Positions 1-10,464 of a stretch of 64,000 nt of DNA are shown here, piece after piece. A model generated the notes under the pieces. The model was not told where the DNA came from, ran no database searches, and saw only the letters and a list, made by a program, of their open reading frames with translations. The first letter of the stretch is position 1, and every line of letters starts with the position of its first letter. Made by a program: the position numbers and the translations under genes. The DNA comes from Nannocystales bacterium (GTDB lineage Bacteria; Myxococcota_A; Polyangia; Nannocystales; Nannocystaceae): contig JBOEGF010000024.1 in the NCBI GenBank assembly GCA_050633305.1, positions 192,001-256,000 on the forward strand, written 5' to 3'.

Positions 1-2
1 TC

Positions 3-2441
3 CTGCTGGCTCTAGCTCCGAGCGAGAGCCGGGCCGATGAACTCACCACGGCGAGACAGCAAGACCTGGTGGAGATCTCGCACCAGGTGCAAGTTTCGAT
101 CGACAGTGGCGTGGCGTCGTACCGCGTCCGCCGGACGTTCTCCAACCACGGGGAACGCGCTGAGGAGGTCCGGCTCTTCCTCGATCTGCCCGTCGGGGCG
201 GCGGCGACAGGCCTGAGGATTCGCGCTCGGCAGCGCTGGTATTCGGGAGACCTGCTCGAGGCGGAGGACGCGGCCACGCGGTACCAGGAGCTGACGAGTA
301 TGGGCGCGTGGCAGCCGAAGGATCCGGCCCTCTTGTCGTGGGAGTGGGCGGACCGCCTTGCGCTGCGAGTCTTCCCGGTCCTCGCAGGAGCCACCAGCAC
401 CGTCGAGTACACGCTGACGGCGCCGGTCCAATATCGCGACGGCAAGTACCTGCTGTCCTATCCACATGCGGGCGACGACGGTGATCCGACCACGCAGTCG
501 CTGGCCCAACCGGTCGTGACGGTCGACCCGGGGCACGGCGATTGGCGGGTTGGTGTGTGGGTGGACGGGCGACGGGTCGCGCCGCGGACCCCGGTCGTGT
601 TGCGGCCCCAGCCCGAAGCTCCATGGGTGGGCGACGGAGAGCGTCCGTTCGGGCACAGCGCGGTCTTCAGCCAGGTCGAGAGCAAACACGAAGGCGAGGT
701 CCGCTGGGCCCGCGTCCACGTGGAGGTCGACCACACCTATCGCAGCGATCTGCAACTCGCGCTCGTCGACCCGCAGGGAGAGCACCACGACATCGAGACG
801 CCTTCGGGCTCGGACAACGACATCCGCGGGACGTTCGTGCTCGGGGTTCCGACCCAGCCCGCCCAAGGAACATGGCATCTGCTGGTGTCCGACACAGCGG
901 GGTTGGATGTCGGCAGCCTCGAGTCGTGGGAGGTCACATTCAGCAACGACGAGACGCCTGCCGAGGACTGGAAGGTGGGCCGTGGGGGCGCAAACACGTG
1001 GGTCTCCGGCGATGTCCCCCGTCACATCCCGGATGCGCCGGAGCATGAGGGGGACGGCGGGGTCGCTCTCATCGAAGTGATTGCGCCTTCGATCCGCACC
1101 ACGGCGTCGCGGTTGGGGCGTGTCGTCGCGTCGGACAAGATCGAGTACTCCCGTCTGGCGCTCGAGGTGGCTCCCGAGCTCCGCAAACTGCCCAAACGGG
1201 CGTCCGTCGTCTTTGTCGTCGATGCTTCCCGCTCGCGTGACGGGCTCCAGCCGGACCTGGCCACGATCGCGGCGTACCTCTCTCATATCCCCGACGCCAC
1301 GGTGGAGGTGGTCGTGGTTCGACGCGATGCCACCCGGGTGTTCGGCGCGTTTGTCTCGGCGAGTGCGGTGGAAGAGCGGCTCGCCACAGCGCAGGAGTCG
1401 GGCGCCCTGAGCCTCGGCAACGGGAGCGCCCTCGAAGAGGGACTGCGGCTGGCCGCAAGAACGCTGGACGAGCAACGGCACCGGGGAGCGGGACCCGATC
1501 GCATCGTCGTGCTCACCGACCGTCGGCTCCGTTCGAGGTTCAACAACCCCATGGCGTTTCGGGCGCTGGGGAAAGCGCCCGATGGGACGGTCGCGCACAT
1601 CGTGACGCCGCTGTCCTCGGGGGTCGCGGAGGTCTCACGCCACGATGGCTGGCCGCTGGCTCGCGTCGCTGAGCGCACCGGCGGCGTGGCGTTTGAAGTG
1701 CATGGGACCGACGAGCCGCTCAAGGCCTTGGCGACGCCAGTCCTCGCCCTGGTCCGCCCCGTCAGCATCGACGGCGTGACGATGTCCGCTACAGGGGTCG
1801 GCGCCGATGTTCTTCCCGGGCCGCCGCAGAGACTGCTCGAGGGCCAAGCGTTCGGATTCATGGAGCAGGTGGCCCACGCGCCCCGCCGCGTGGTCTTCCG
1901 CGGTCGGATCTGGTCCAAGCCGTGGACGCATGTCGTCAAGACCTCGCCGGAGTTCGACCGGGCGACCGCGGCGTTTGTCTTCTCGGAGGATGAGTATCGG
2001 AGGCTGTCAGACAGCGAGCAGTTGAAGGTGGCGAGGTTTGGTCGTGTGGTGTCTCCGGTGACCTCGTACCTGGCGATCGAACCTGGTGTGCGCCCATCGA
2101 CGGAGGGATTCGGCCGTGGCAGCGGCGCGGGGTTTGGAGGCCGAGGGCATCGCACAGCGTCGGTACGGGCTGCTCGCGCCGGCGTATCCCCCCCGCCGTT
2201 GCCGAGCATCGCCAGCTTGATGACCGAAGGCGTCAGACGGTGTGCTGAGCGCCACCGCCCGGCGGCGGGCTGGAGTGTCGAGTTGGATGTGGAGACGACA
2301 GGGGTTGAGATCGTCGACGTGATCCCCGGGGGCAAGGTGTCGGCGCTGCGTTCGTGCCTGACGGAAGAGGTCTGGAAACTCGAGTTGCCGGGCGAGTTCG
2401 TGCGAGACGCACGCGAGCTTCGGCATGTCGTACTGGGGTAG
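3..2441 (+). CDS. VIT + proprotein-convertase P-domain + vWA domain secreted protein (5'-partial)
   Basis: Frame is open from the window start (LLALAPSESRADE, signal-peptide-like). VIT-like N-terminus, P-domain motif (HTYRSDLQLALVDP...GTWHLLVSD...GSLESW), vWA MIDAS DASRS, C-terminal GRGSGAGFGGRG. Confidence 0.75.
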   Translation: MLALAPSESRADELTTARQQDLVEISHQVQVSIDSGVASYRVRRTFSNHGERAEEVRLFLDLPVGAAATGLRIRARQRWYSGDLLEAEDAATRYQELTSMGAWQPKDPALLSWEWADRLALRVFPVLAGATSTVEYTLTAPVQYRDGKYLLSYPHAGDDGDPTTQSLAQPVVTVDPGHGDWRVGVWVDGRRVAPRTPVVLRPQPEAPWVGDGERPFGHSAVFSQVESKHEGEVRWARVHVEVDHTYRSDLQLALVDPQGEHHDIETPSGSDNDIRGTFVLGVPTQPAQGTWHLLVSDTAGLDVGSLESWEVTFSNDETPAEDWKVGRGGANTWVSGDVPRHIPDAPEHEGDGGVALIEVIAPSIRTTASRLGRVVASDKIEYSRLALEVAPELRKLPKRASVVFVVDASRSRDGLQPDLATIAAYLSHIPDATVEVVVVRRDATRVFGAFVSASAVEERLATAQESGALSLGNGSALEEGLRLAARTLDEQRHRGAGPDRIVVLTDRRLRSRFNNPMAFRALGKAPDGTVAHIVTPLSSGVAEVSRHDGWPLARVAERTGGVAFEVHGTDEPLKALATPVLALVRPVSIDGVTMSATGVGADVLPGPPQRLLEGQAFGFMEQVAHAPRRVVFRGRIWSKPWTHVVKTSPEFDRATAAFVFSEDEYRRLSDSEQLKVARFGRVVSPVTSYLAIEPGVRPSTEGFGRGSGAGFGGRGHRTASVRAARAGVSPPPLPSIASLMTEGVRRCAERHRPAAGWSVELDVETTGVEIVDVIPGGKVSALRSCLTEEVWKLELPGEFVRDARELRHVVLG

Positions 2442-3906
2442 CGGCCGGGGTGGCAGAGGCGTTGATGATACGTTTCGGCGGTTGGCGCACGAAGACTCCA
2501 CCGTTCACGCGTTCTGCGATGACGTCCTCGGCGACCTGGATGGGGTCGCCTTGGCGGAGTTGATCGCACGCAAAGAGCTGTCAGCCCAGGAGGTTGTCGA
2601 GGCATCCATCGCCCGCGCCAGACGGGTCAACCCCCGGCTCAACGCGATCGAGTCCGAACGCTTTGAGCACGCGGAGACCGGGACCCAGCACCCCGGGAGC
2701 GGCTTCTTCGCCGGGATCCCCACGTTCATCAAGGACAACGCGGATGTCCGCGGGTTGCCGACCAACCACGGCTCGGGGGCATTGCAGTCCTCTGCCGCCG
2801 GGGAGACGGACCCCTACGTGCGGCAGTACCTGGACCAAGGGTTCGTGTGCTTGGGCAAGAGTGCGCTGTCCGAGTTTGGGCTCAATGCGTCGAATGAGCC
2901 GGTGGGCCGTGAGCCGACCCGCAACCCCTGGAACCTCGCACACACGACCGGAGCATCCTCGAGCGGTTCGGCGGCCCTGGTTGCAGCGGGCGTCGTCCCG
3001 CTTGCGCACGCCAACGACGGTGGTGGATCGATCCGCATCCCCGCCGCATGTTGCGGGCTCGTTGGGCTCAAGCCGACCCGTGGCCGTCATGTGGTCTCCA
3101 ACATGGCGCGTTCTTTGCCCCTGAACCTCATCAGTCAGGGGGTCGTCACCCGGAGCGTCCGCGACACGGCCTACTTCCACGCCGAGGCCGAGGCGACCTA
3201 CCGCAATCGGTCGCTGCCCCCGATCGGGTTGGTCGACCGGCCCGGTCGGCGCAGGCTTCGGATCGGGTTCGCGGTGGACTCCGTCACGGGGTTGTCGACC
3301 GATGACGACACCCGCTGCGCGGTGGAGGAGGCGGCGGACTTGCTGCGCTCTTTGGGCCACGAGGTCCGTCCTGCGCCTCTGCCAGCTCCCAAGCACTTCG
3401 CTGACGACTTCTTGCTGTACTGGCAAGCGCTCGCGTTCGCGATATCGATGGGCGGCAAGAAGATGTTCGGCTCCAGTTTCGATCGCTCGAAGCTCGAGGG
3501 CCTGACCCGGGGGCTGGGAGACAAGTTTGCGCGCCGCTTCTATCGACTGCCTTTCGCGCTGCGGCGGTTGAGAAAATCGCAGGCCAGCTACGCGCGGTTC
3601 TTCTCGGACTACGACGCCTTCTTGTGTCCGGTGTTGGCCTCGACACCTCCGAGAATCGGTCACCTCAGTCCTGCTCTCCCATACGAGCAGTTGATGGAGC
3701 GGCTTCTGGGCTTCGCATCGTTCACCCCGTTGGCGAACGCCACCGGGGCGCCCGCGATTTCGGTGCCGTGGTCGTCGACACGCGAGGGCGTGCCGATTGC
3801 CGTGCATTTGTCTGCAGCTCACGGAGACGAGCGGACCTTGCTGGAGTTGGCGTACGAGATTGAGGATGCGCATCCGTGGCCGACGATGGGGTCGTCGCGG
3901 GCGTAG
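2425..3906 (+). CDS. Amidase signature family protein
   Basis: IKD, TRNPWN, GASSSGSAALVAAG and DGGGSIRIPAACCG motifs. Start could be TTG at 2482. Confidence 0.9.
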   Translation: MSYWGSGRGGRGVDDTFRRLAHEDSTVHAFCDDVLGDLDGVALAELIARKELSAQEVVEASIARARRVNPRLNAIESERFEHAETGTQHPGSGFFAGIPTFIKDNADVRGLPTNHGSGALQSSAAGETDPYVRQYLDQGFVCLGKSALSEFGLNASNEPVGREPTRNPWNLAHTTGASSSGSAALVAAGVVPLAHANDGGGSIRIPAACCGLVGLKPTRGRHVVSNMARSLPLNLISQGVVTRSVRDTAYFHAEAEATYRNRSLPPIGLVDRPGRRRLRIGFAVDSVTGLSTDDDTRCAVEEAADLLRSLGHEVRPAPLPAPKHFADDFLLYWQALAFAISMGGKKMFGSSFDRSKLEGLTRGLGDKFARRFYRLPFALRRLRKSQASYARFFSDYDAFLCPVLASTPPRIGHLSPALPYEQLMERLLGFASFTPLANATGAPAISVPWSSTREGVPIAVHLSAAHGDERTLLELAYEIEDAHPWPTMGSSRA

Positions 3907-3954
3907 TCCGTTGACCGGACGCCGGGTCGGAGTGGTTGTTTTATTAGTTTTTGT

Positions 3955-3984
3955 TTGACCTGCGGAGGAGTGCTTTCGTAGCAT
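3955..3984 (+). promoter_or_regulatory. Sigma70-like promoter with AT-rich upstream element
   Basis: TTGACC-N18-TAGCAT preceded by GTTGTTTTATTAGTTTTTGT; ends 7 bp before GTG 3992. Confidence 0.45.
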
Positions 3985-3991
3985 TCCTGTC

Positions 3992-4954
3992 GTGGAGGTC
4001 CGGCTCAGCGGGAATGCACGACGGCGTCGGCTGTGGCTCGTATTCGCTTCGGGGTGGGTGATCAGTTGCGGCGGTGCGCCTATCTCGGCCGGGGACGGAA
4101 CGGCCAGCTCGACTTCCCACGCAGGAACCACGACGTCGACAAGCCAGGGCTCGGGGCCAACTCTAGACTCGTCGTCAGGCTCGGCGGTCACCACGACCGG
4201 GGAGGTCGCGGCCACGGGAACGGGTTCCACGTCGAGTCCAGGGCTTCCGCCCGGAGTTCCCCCGGGCTACTTGGTGGAGCCCGACGTCTACATCGGCTAC
4301 GGATGCAGCCTCTGGGATCAGAACTGCCCTCCCGGCGAAAAATGCGCTCCCTGGGCCGACGATGGTGGCAACTCTTGGAACGGATTTCGCTGCGTCCCGG
4401 TGGCCCCCGATCCCGGTGCGCCTGGCGATGCCTGCACCGTGCAGGAGAGCGGCGTGAGCGGGCTCGACGACTGCGACGCCCATTCGATGTGCTTCGACGT
4501 CGACGAGAATCTGCAGGGGGAGTGTCATGCCTACTGTGTTGGCTCGGAGAACAACCCGCTGTGCACCCAGCCCGACCACGCCTGTGCGATCAGTGGCGAC
4601 GGGGTGCTGACACTGTGCATGCCGCTTTGCGACCCGTTGATGAGTGATTGCGGCCCGTCGGAGACGTGTGTTCCGATGCATGTCGGATTCGTCTGCGCGC
4701 CCGATGCCTCGGGGCCAGACGATGGAGCTGCGGGAGACTCCTGCGAGTTTGTCAATGCCTGTGACCCGGGGTTCGTGTGCGCCAATCCGACCGCGGTCGG
4801 CACGTGTGCACCCGGGAGTTCGGGGTGCTGTACCGCGGTCTGTGATGTCACGAACGACGACTGCGCGAAGCCACAGGTTTGTGAGCCTTGGTTTGAGCTT
4901 GGCACCGCACCGTACGGACAGGAAAACGTCGGTGTTTGTCTGGAGGCGACATGA
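3992..4954 (+). CDS. Cys-rich lipoprotein with Ser/Thr-rich linker
   Basis: Lipobox-like VISC, S/T/G linker, then a domain with many Cys (CSLWDQNCPPGEKC...). Confidence 0.75.
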   Translation: MEVRLSGNARRRRLWLVFASGWVISCGGAPISAGDGTASSTSHAGTTTSTSQGSGPTLDSSSGSAVTTTGEVAATGTGSTSSPGLPPGVPPGYLVEPDVYIGYGCSLWDQNCPPGEKCAPWADDGGNSWNGFRCVPVAPDPGAPGDACTVQESGVSGLDDCDAHSMCFDVDENLQGECHAYCVGSENNPLCTQPDHACAISGDGVLTLCMPLCDPLMSDCGPSETCVPMHVGFVCAPDASGPDDGAAGDSCEFVNACDPGFVCANPTAVGTCAPGSSGCCTAVCDVTNDDCAKPQVCEPWFELGTAPYGQENVGVCLEAT

Positions 4955-5796
4955 CGAAGGGTCCCAACGCTCTTTTCTGCTCTGTGCTCGGGCTTTCGGC
5001 GTGTGTCAGTCCTGCGGTGGAGGTCGGGACCGGCGAGGGGTCCACGAGCACCGCACCCGATCCGACTTCAACCTCTGCGACGTCCAGCTCGTCAGGACTC
5101 GCGCCCGCCGAAGGCTCCACCAGCACGACGACACAGCATGACGAGAGCGGCTCGTCGTCCTCGGGAGAGGTGGTGCACGGACCTGGTTGCGAACCGCCAC
5201 CCCCGTGCGACCGCGGGGTGTACGAGGGAGCGGTTCGGATCGAGTCCTCGGACCAGATCGCCGAGTTCGCCGGGTACACCGCGTTCAGTCAAGGGCTGGA
5301 GGTGCTGGGGACCGACTTGGAGTGTCTCGACTTCCTGGGATGCCTCGAGGAGGTGGAACAGGAAATTCGAATCTTCGGTAACCCCGTACTTCGCTCCACC
5401 GAGGGGCTGTCGGCCGTCGAGCGAGTCGGGGGGTCTGGGGAGCCCGCGCCATGGTGGCCAGTGGGCAGCATCGTTGTTGGCGAGAATCCTGGACTCGAGA
5501 CGCTCGGCGGATTCACGCGAATCGAGAGGATCGAGGCGGCGCTCGTGGTGGACAACAACGCGTCGCTCCAATCCATCACGGGCTTCACGAACGTCCAGGT
5601 CGTCACGGAGTTGGTGGTCCGCTTCAACCCCGCGCTCGACTCGCTGCAGGGGCTTCACGACCTCCTCGCCATCGGAGGCGAGTGCCAGATCACCAACAAC
5701 GCCGGGTTGTGTGTCTCGGAGGCGTTCGAGGTCTGCGGTGACCTGAAGCAAGGGCCCTTCGGCGGGAACACGCAGAACAACATCGACGACTGCTGA
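4951..5796 (+). CDS. Lipoprotein with receptor L-domain-like repeats
   Basis: ATGA overlap with upstream gene, LSAC lipobox, repeated N-x-x-L-x-S-x-x-G-(L/F) units. Confidence 0.75.
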   Translation: MTKGPNALFCSVLGLSACVSPAVEVGTGEGSTSTAPDPTSTSATSSSSGLAPAEGSTSTTTQHDESGSSSSGEVVHGPGCEPPPPCDRGVYEGAVRIESSDQIAEFAGYTAFSQGLEVLGTDLECLDFLGCLEEVEQEIRIFGNPVLRSTEGLSAVERVGGSGEPAPWWPVGSIVVGENPGLETLGGFTRIERIEAALVVDNNASLQSITGFTNVQVVTELVVRFNPALDSLQGLHDLLAIGGECQITNNAGLCVSEAFEVCGDLKQGPFGGNTQNNIDDC

Positions 5797-5878
5797 GCTG
5801 CGTGCCGGCGATGGCCGGGTCGAGGAGGTTTGACCCTTGCTCGCCCCGCCGTCCGTCCATCATTCGGAGACTCGGTGG

Positions 5879-7369
5879 TCACCCCTTCGGAGGTAGGCCC
5901 ATGACAGGGTCCACCAACATGTTCGCCAGGCAGGTCATTCCGCTTTCGTACTCGTCGTCGCAAATCGATTCAACACAGCATTTGACGAGATGCTCCCCAT
6001 CTTCGCCGACCTGGCCGTCGAGGTGTGAACACAAGTCGAGGGTACGAAGCGGCGGCGTGGCCTGGGCGACACCGGTGCTCTCGGGCCGGGAGCAGCCCGG
6101 TCCGATGCCGTAGTTGAACTGCAGATCGGCGGCGGTCACCCCCGCGGCGGCGTCTTCCGGCAACACATCATCTTCTGTCCAGTCGCGGATGACGAGGCTG
6201 TCTCGACCACCCTCGATGGGTTGGAAGGGCGGGTCGGGGTTGTGGGCGGTGACGGTGGGTACCCCGAGCAGACCCAGCATGAACACCGGCTTGCCTTGGT
6301 CCTGCGAGAGGTAGTCCAGAAAGCTGCTGTAGCGATCGATGGGCTGGAGGTTGTCGCTCGCGCTGGGCTGACAGTCGTAGACACCACCCCCCTGGTCGAC
6401 GCAGTCGGCGGCCGCGTTCCAGCACACCGCGCTGCTCAGCATCGGGGTACCCGTGTTGGGACTGACCTCGTAGAGGTCGGCATTGTTCATCATCGCGGGT
6501 GTACGTATCGAGCAGTCGACCTCGTTGCTTAGAAGGACCACGCCCAACGCTGCGCCGTCTCGGACGAACGGGCGCGGACCCTGATTCCAGGTGGCCTCGG
6601 GGTTGAGCGTCTGCAGCATTGCTTCGAGCGGGGATTCGAACCCGCACCCGTTGACCCCCATCGGCGCCATGCAGGCCAACGCCTGCGCGGTCGCGGTCTC
6701 CAGCTCTCCGTCCCCGTCGAGGTCGACCGAGCCTTCCTGGGGCAGGTTGTGTACATCGGGGTTGAACGCGACGAATAGGTCGAGGTCCGGTGCGAGCGGC
6801 TCGGGGCAGACCGAAGTGCAGGCTTCCGCTTCGCTCGGCGCGTCGGTGCCAAGCCCGACGAAGTCCTGGAGCCGGTCGGTGCACGCCGTGGTGACCGGCG
6901 AGCCCATCGCAGGCGCGTAGCCCTCGGGTTGGAAGGGGGTGCAGAACTGGTTGTCCATGTCCGTGGTGGTGAACATCACCTGCACGTCGGCTTGCAGTCC
7001 CCGCAGCTGCTCATCGAGCTGAATCATGCTCAACGCGAGCGCGCGCTGAGCCCCTGCCATCCCCGAGGAGTTGTCCACGACAACAATGACATCGAGCATG
7101 CAGTTGTCGGTGAGGCATCCAGTCGTCGGAGTGTCGGTCTCTGCGGTGTCGTCCGCCGAGCCTCCCGTCGTTCCCGCCGCGGTTGTGGACGGGTCGGTCG
7201 CCGTGGTCGAGGACGTTGTTGTCGCGGGATCCGGTACCCCGAGACTGGTCGAGCTGTCACTGCCTCCGGTTCCCGAGCTTCCCTCTGCGTCGGTCCCCGA
7301 CGATGAGACGACCGGCCCGCAAGCGGTCCCGAGCAGTGCCAATCCTAGCGACATCCGAACTGTAATCAT
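5879..7369 (-). CDS. Myxobacterial vWA-like Cys-rich lipoprotein
   Basis: GTAC lipobox, S/T linker, DVIVVVDNSSGM, GCGFESPLEAM, NEVDCS. Confidence 0.75.
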   Translation of the reverse strand: MITVRMSLGLALLGTACGPVVSSSGTDAEGSSGTGGSDSSTSLGVPDPATTTSSTTATDPSTTAAGTTGGSADDTAETDTPTTGCLTDNCMLDVIVVVDNSSGMAGAQRALALSMIQLDEQLRGLQADVQVMFTTTDMDNQFCTPFQPEGYAPAMGSPVTTACTDRLQDFVGLGTDAPSEAEACTSVCPEPLAPDLDLFVAFNPDVHNLPQEGSVDLDGDGELETATAQALACMAPMGVNGCGFESPLEAMLQTLNPEATWNQGPRPFVRDGAALGVVLLSNEVDCSIRTPAMMNNADLYEVSPNTGTPMLSSAVCWNAAADCVDQGGGVYDCQPSASDNLQPIDRYSSFLDYLSQDQGKPVFMLGLLGVPTVTAHNPDPPFQPIEGGRDSLVIRDWTEDDVLPEDAAAGVTAADLQFNYGIGPGCSRPESTGVAQATPPLRTLDLCSHLDGQVGEDGEHLVKCCVESICDDEYESGMTCLANMLVDPVMGLPPKG

Positions 7370-7658
7370 GCGGCCACGGTACCAGCGAGGGGAGATTCGC
7401 GGGACCCGCAGGGACGTCTTCGGCGAAGAGAGAAACCGGGCGATTTGTTGGGGCCTGCGAGTCCTTGGGCCCGATCCCCTGAGCGACATGGCGCCATCGA
7501 GAGCGATGTTGGCCCCACGCCGTCCACGACACGTCGCGCGCAGGGACAACCAGCGCGCCCGCGGGCGTCTTGATGTGCAGATCATCCATGAGGGGGACTG
7601 CAACAGCTCGCCAACGTAGCAGCGAACTGCGAGCTGACCAGGTGGTGGTGGATTAAAC

Positions 7659-8027
7659 GTGGTGTTGGACGAGGACCGTTTCGCGACTCTGCTGCGGCGT
7701 GCGATGGTCCTGATGACGAGGGGCGACGGTCACGTCGACACGAACGAGTTGGTCCGCATCCTGTGGATCATGCGTAGACGGTTCAAGCGGACGCTGGAAC
7801 CGGAAGCCATCGTGGCTCTGATCAACGAGCAAGTCGCCAGCGGGGTCCGACTTCACGAGCTCTTGGCAGAACACGCCGACAGCCTCGAGCAGGAGCAAAA
7901 GCGCCTCGGCGAGACCGTCGATGAAGAAGATGCGCTGATGGCCCGCATTGCGCAGTCCTTGCGAATCGGACCCCAGGGGTACCGGACCCTGATGCGACAG
8001 GCGATGGTCGCCCGCGAGTCCTTGTAG
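7659..8027 (+). CDS. TerB-like protein, possibly internally deleted
   Basis: AMVLMTRGDGHVDTNE and EEDALMARIAQSL resemble the two TerB half-motifs. Confidence 0.5.
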   Translation: MVLDEDRFATLLRRAMVLMTRGDGHVDTNELVRILWIMRRRFKRTLEPEAIVALINEQVASGVRLHELLAEHADSLEQEQKRLGETVDEEDALMARIAQSLRIGPQGYRTLMRQAMVARESL

Positions 8028-8216
8028 GACCCGGTCGCTTCGGTCAGCGGTTAAGTGAAAGGAGGTGGGAAGACCGAGGTCGTGCGGAGTCGTCGAGCGG
8101 CGGGGGACCGCGCCGGATGTCCAAGGGACGAGCGGCGCGGAGACCGAAGGGGTACGAAGACCGCCACGGACCGGGAAGCCGGCGGTTGGAGATCTTTGCG
8201 CCCTCGGTTGCTCGCA

Positions 8217-8774
8217 TCAGTTGTCCAGGGTGATGTCGTCGACGAACAGTTCCTGACCCCCGAACCGCAGGACGTCGACGTTGCCGAGCATCTCGACCAC
8301 CCCGACACGGCATCCTCCGACGGAGACCTCCGAGACCGAGACCGTCGTGCCTCCGAGAGAGCTGGGTACGTTGGAGAAGTGTTGAACGTTGGAGAGTTGC
8401 CCGTTCACCGAGAGGTTCACGCTTCCACCGCAATCCGCGTACTTGAACTTCGCGCTGGTGGCCGTCGAGGACGGCGTCATCCGAACGGTGATGTTGGCCA
8501 TTTGAAGCTCCTTGGGCGTGAAGCCGTTGGCTTCTCCGTCGTCGGTGATCTCCGCTTCGCCGTATGCCCACGTGTTGCTAATGCTCCGGAACCGCATGAA
8601 TCGGACGTCGGCATCGGGCAGGGCGAAGTTGGCGCCCACGTTGAACTCCTGCCCGACCGTGGACTGGTCGAAGCCGACGGCCACGTTGAGGGCCAGCGCA
8701 ATGGAGGGGACCGACAGCCCGATGCCCAAGGCGAGCAGCGGAGCGACAAGACGTGTCTTTCTATTTTTCGTCAT
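8217..8774 (-). CDS. Secreted hypothetical protein, predicted beta-sandwich
   Basis: Clear signal peptide ending IALA; beta-rich mature part ending FGGQELFVDDITL. Confidence 0.7.
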   Translation of the reverse strand: MTKNRKTRLVAPLLALGIGLSVPSIALALNVAVGFDQSTVGQEFNVGANFALPDADVRFMRFRSISNTWAYGEAEITDDGEANGFTPKELQMANITVRMTPSSTATSAKFKYADCGGSVNLSVNGQLSNVQHFSNVPSSLGGTTVSVSEVSVGGCRVGVVEMLGNVDVLRFGGQELFVDDITLDN

Positions 8775-8903
8775 CGCTGCGTACGAGTCCCCTTACGCGA
8801 GGACGGATTGCGCTGTCCGTCGGTTTATTCGGGCCTCCGTAGATGTGAAGAAAGTCTCTTCCTTCCGAAATCCACGCCGGGCGGCATTTACTCCTACTGA
8901 ACG

Positions 8904-10274
8904 ATGAAGAAGATAGATCTTGCCTGTCTGCTGCTTTGCTGCTCCGTGGCTTGCGATGTTCCTACCGAGGACTCCGTGCCGGAAGGAGAGGCCGGCACCA
9001 AGGTGGCCGAGGATGGGACGGAGGCGTCTGAGAGCCGCCGACTCCGAAACGTCGACGCCGGTGTGCCCGATGCCCGCACTGGCGCCGTCACCTGGGAGTA
9101 CGCAGGGGAGGTGGAGGACAGAGCTCCCCGTAACTACGAATCGACGTGGCGCTTCGAGCCTCCTGAAGAATCCGTCGAGGCCAACGTGGATGTGGCGGAA
9201 CTGCTTCGCGACAGCATTCGGGTCGACGTCGAGGGTCGCATGTGGAGGTTCAAGTCGTTGGACCGAGGCTCGCTGCAGAAGAAGCTCCGGGCCAGCTATC
9301 AGGCCCAACTCGAGGCTGGCTTCGACCCCCATGAGCTCGTCGACCCTGACACGGAAGCCGACGAGTACAACCTGCCGTCCCCGGCCTCCGAGCGAGCCCA
9401 AGACGACAGCACACCATGGCTACCGTTGGCGTGGTCCAGCCAGACCTGCCCAGACGGGAACTCACTCACGACGTGGGACGGCGATGGTCGGATACGAATC
9501 AACCGCAGTACCCTCGACGGACGCCGCTCTTCCGTCGTCGTCGTCGCATCCTATGATCCAGGAACGCTCACGACTTCAGCCAACTGCACTGGAGTTCTCG
9601 TGGGGCGGAGCTGGGTGCTAACGGCTGCGCACTGCGTCGCTGACGACAACGGGATCGAAGACCCACCGAGCTTCATACGCGTCGCTGCCGGCGGAGGCGA
9701 CCACCCGAATCCCCAAATACCACCATTCTACACGAACTTTGATGGGTGGTACGGAGTTCAATCCGTGATCGTGCCCTCGCAGTACAACGGCAGCAGCATC
9801 AATCGCGACTACGCTCTGCTCGAACTCGGGACGCAGATGAACCCCGCCACCGCCGACGTGATGCGTTTCTCCGCTGCCTCCCAGAACACCTGGGCGGCCT
9901 CGACTCCTCACAACATCTCCTACCCAGGATACGGCCCCAACTGTGCCAACAACACCTTCCCTGGCTCTACGATGGTCAACACGCCCAGCGGACCTGTTCT
10001 GATTTCGCAGTTTCGGCAGCGCGCATACCGACAACACCCGGTCGGTGGAGTCAACTTCGTCAGCTCGAACAAGATCGGAACCAACCTCGACTCTGTCGGT
10101 GGACAGTCCGGATCCGCGATCTTCCGTTGTGGGGGTGGGACCTGTGAGAACGGAGAGACTGCATGGATCATGGGTCTAATGACCTCCCGATTCTACAGTA
10201 ACTTCCGGTGGCACAACGGGGGTCCCAACGCCAACCAGTTCAGGGACTGGGCCGAGGCATTGATCGACGATTGA
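8904..10274 (+). CDS. Trypsin-like serine protease lipoprotein
   Basis: SVAC lipobox; catalytic triad motifs LTAAHC, DYALL and GQSGS. Confidence 0.9.
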   Translation: MKKIDLACLLLCCSVACDVPTEDSVPEGEAGTKVAEDGTEASESRRLRNVDAGVPDARTGAVTWEYAGEVEDRAPRNYESTWRFEPPEESVEANVDVAELLRDSIRVDVEGRMWRFKSLDRGSLQKKLRASYQAQLEAGFDPHELVDPDTEADEYNLPSPASERAQDDSTPWLPLAWSSQTCPDGNSLTTWDGDGRIRINRSTLDGRRSSVVVVASYDPGTLTTSANCTGVLVGRSWVLTAAHCVADDNGIEDPPSFIRVAAGGGDHPNPQIPPFYTNFDGWYGVQSVIVPSQYNGSSINRDYALLELGTQMNPATADVMRFSAASQNTWAASTPHNISYPGYGPNCANNTFPGSTMVNTPSGPVLISQFRQRAYRQHPVGGVNFVSSNKIGTNLDSVGGQSGSAIFRCGGGTCENGETAWIMGLMTSRFYSNFRWHNGGPNANQFRDWAEALIDD

Positions 10275-10464
10275 TCGCGCTGTGAGGGCCTCTTCATCGC
10301 GGTGCCCCGAGAACGATGCCTTGCGCGGTTCTGTCCAGGCCGGAGGCTGGATGGGTCCTCGCGTCTCTTCGGAACGCGCACTTGCGCCTGAGTTGTCGTG
10401 GGCGTGTGAACTCTGAACCACTGGTCCATACTGTCCTTACTGGACATGGCCTCGTGTCTCAAGG

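Noticed and set aside
12..1598. 528-aa minus-strand ORF, and similar long antisense ORFs (24287-26671, 36151-38622, 42930-44540, 48537-50435)
   Set aside because: Shadow ORFs opposite well-supported genes; expected in high-GC DNA; Arg/Pro-rich with no motifs.
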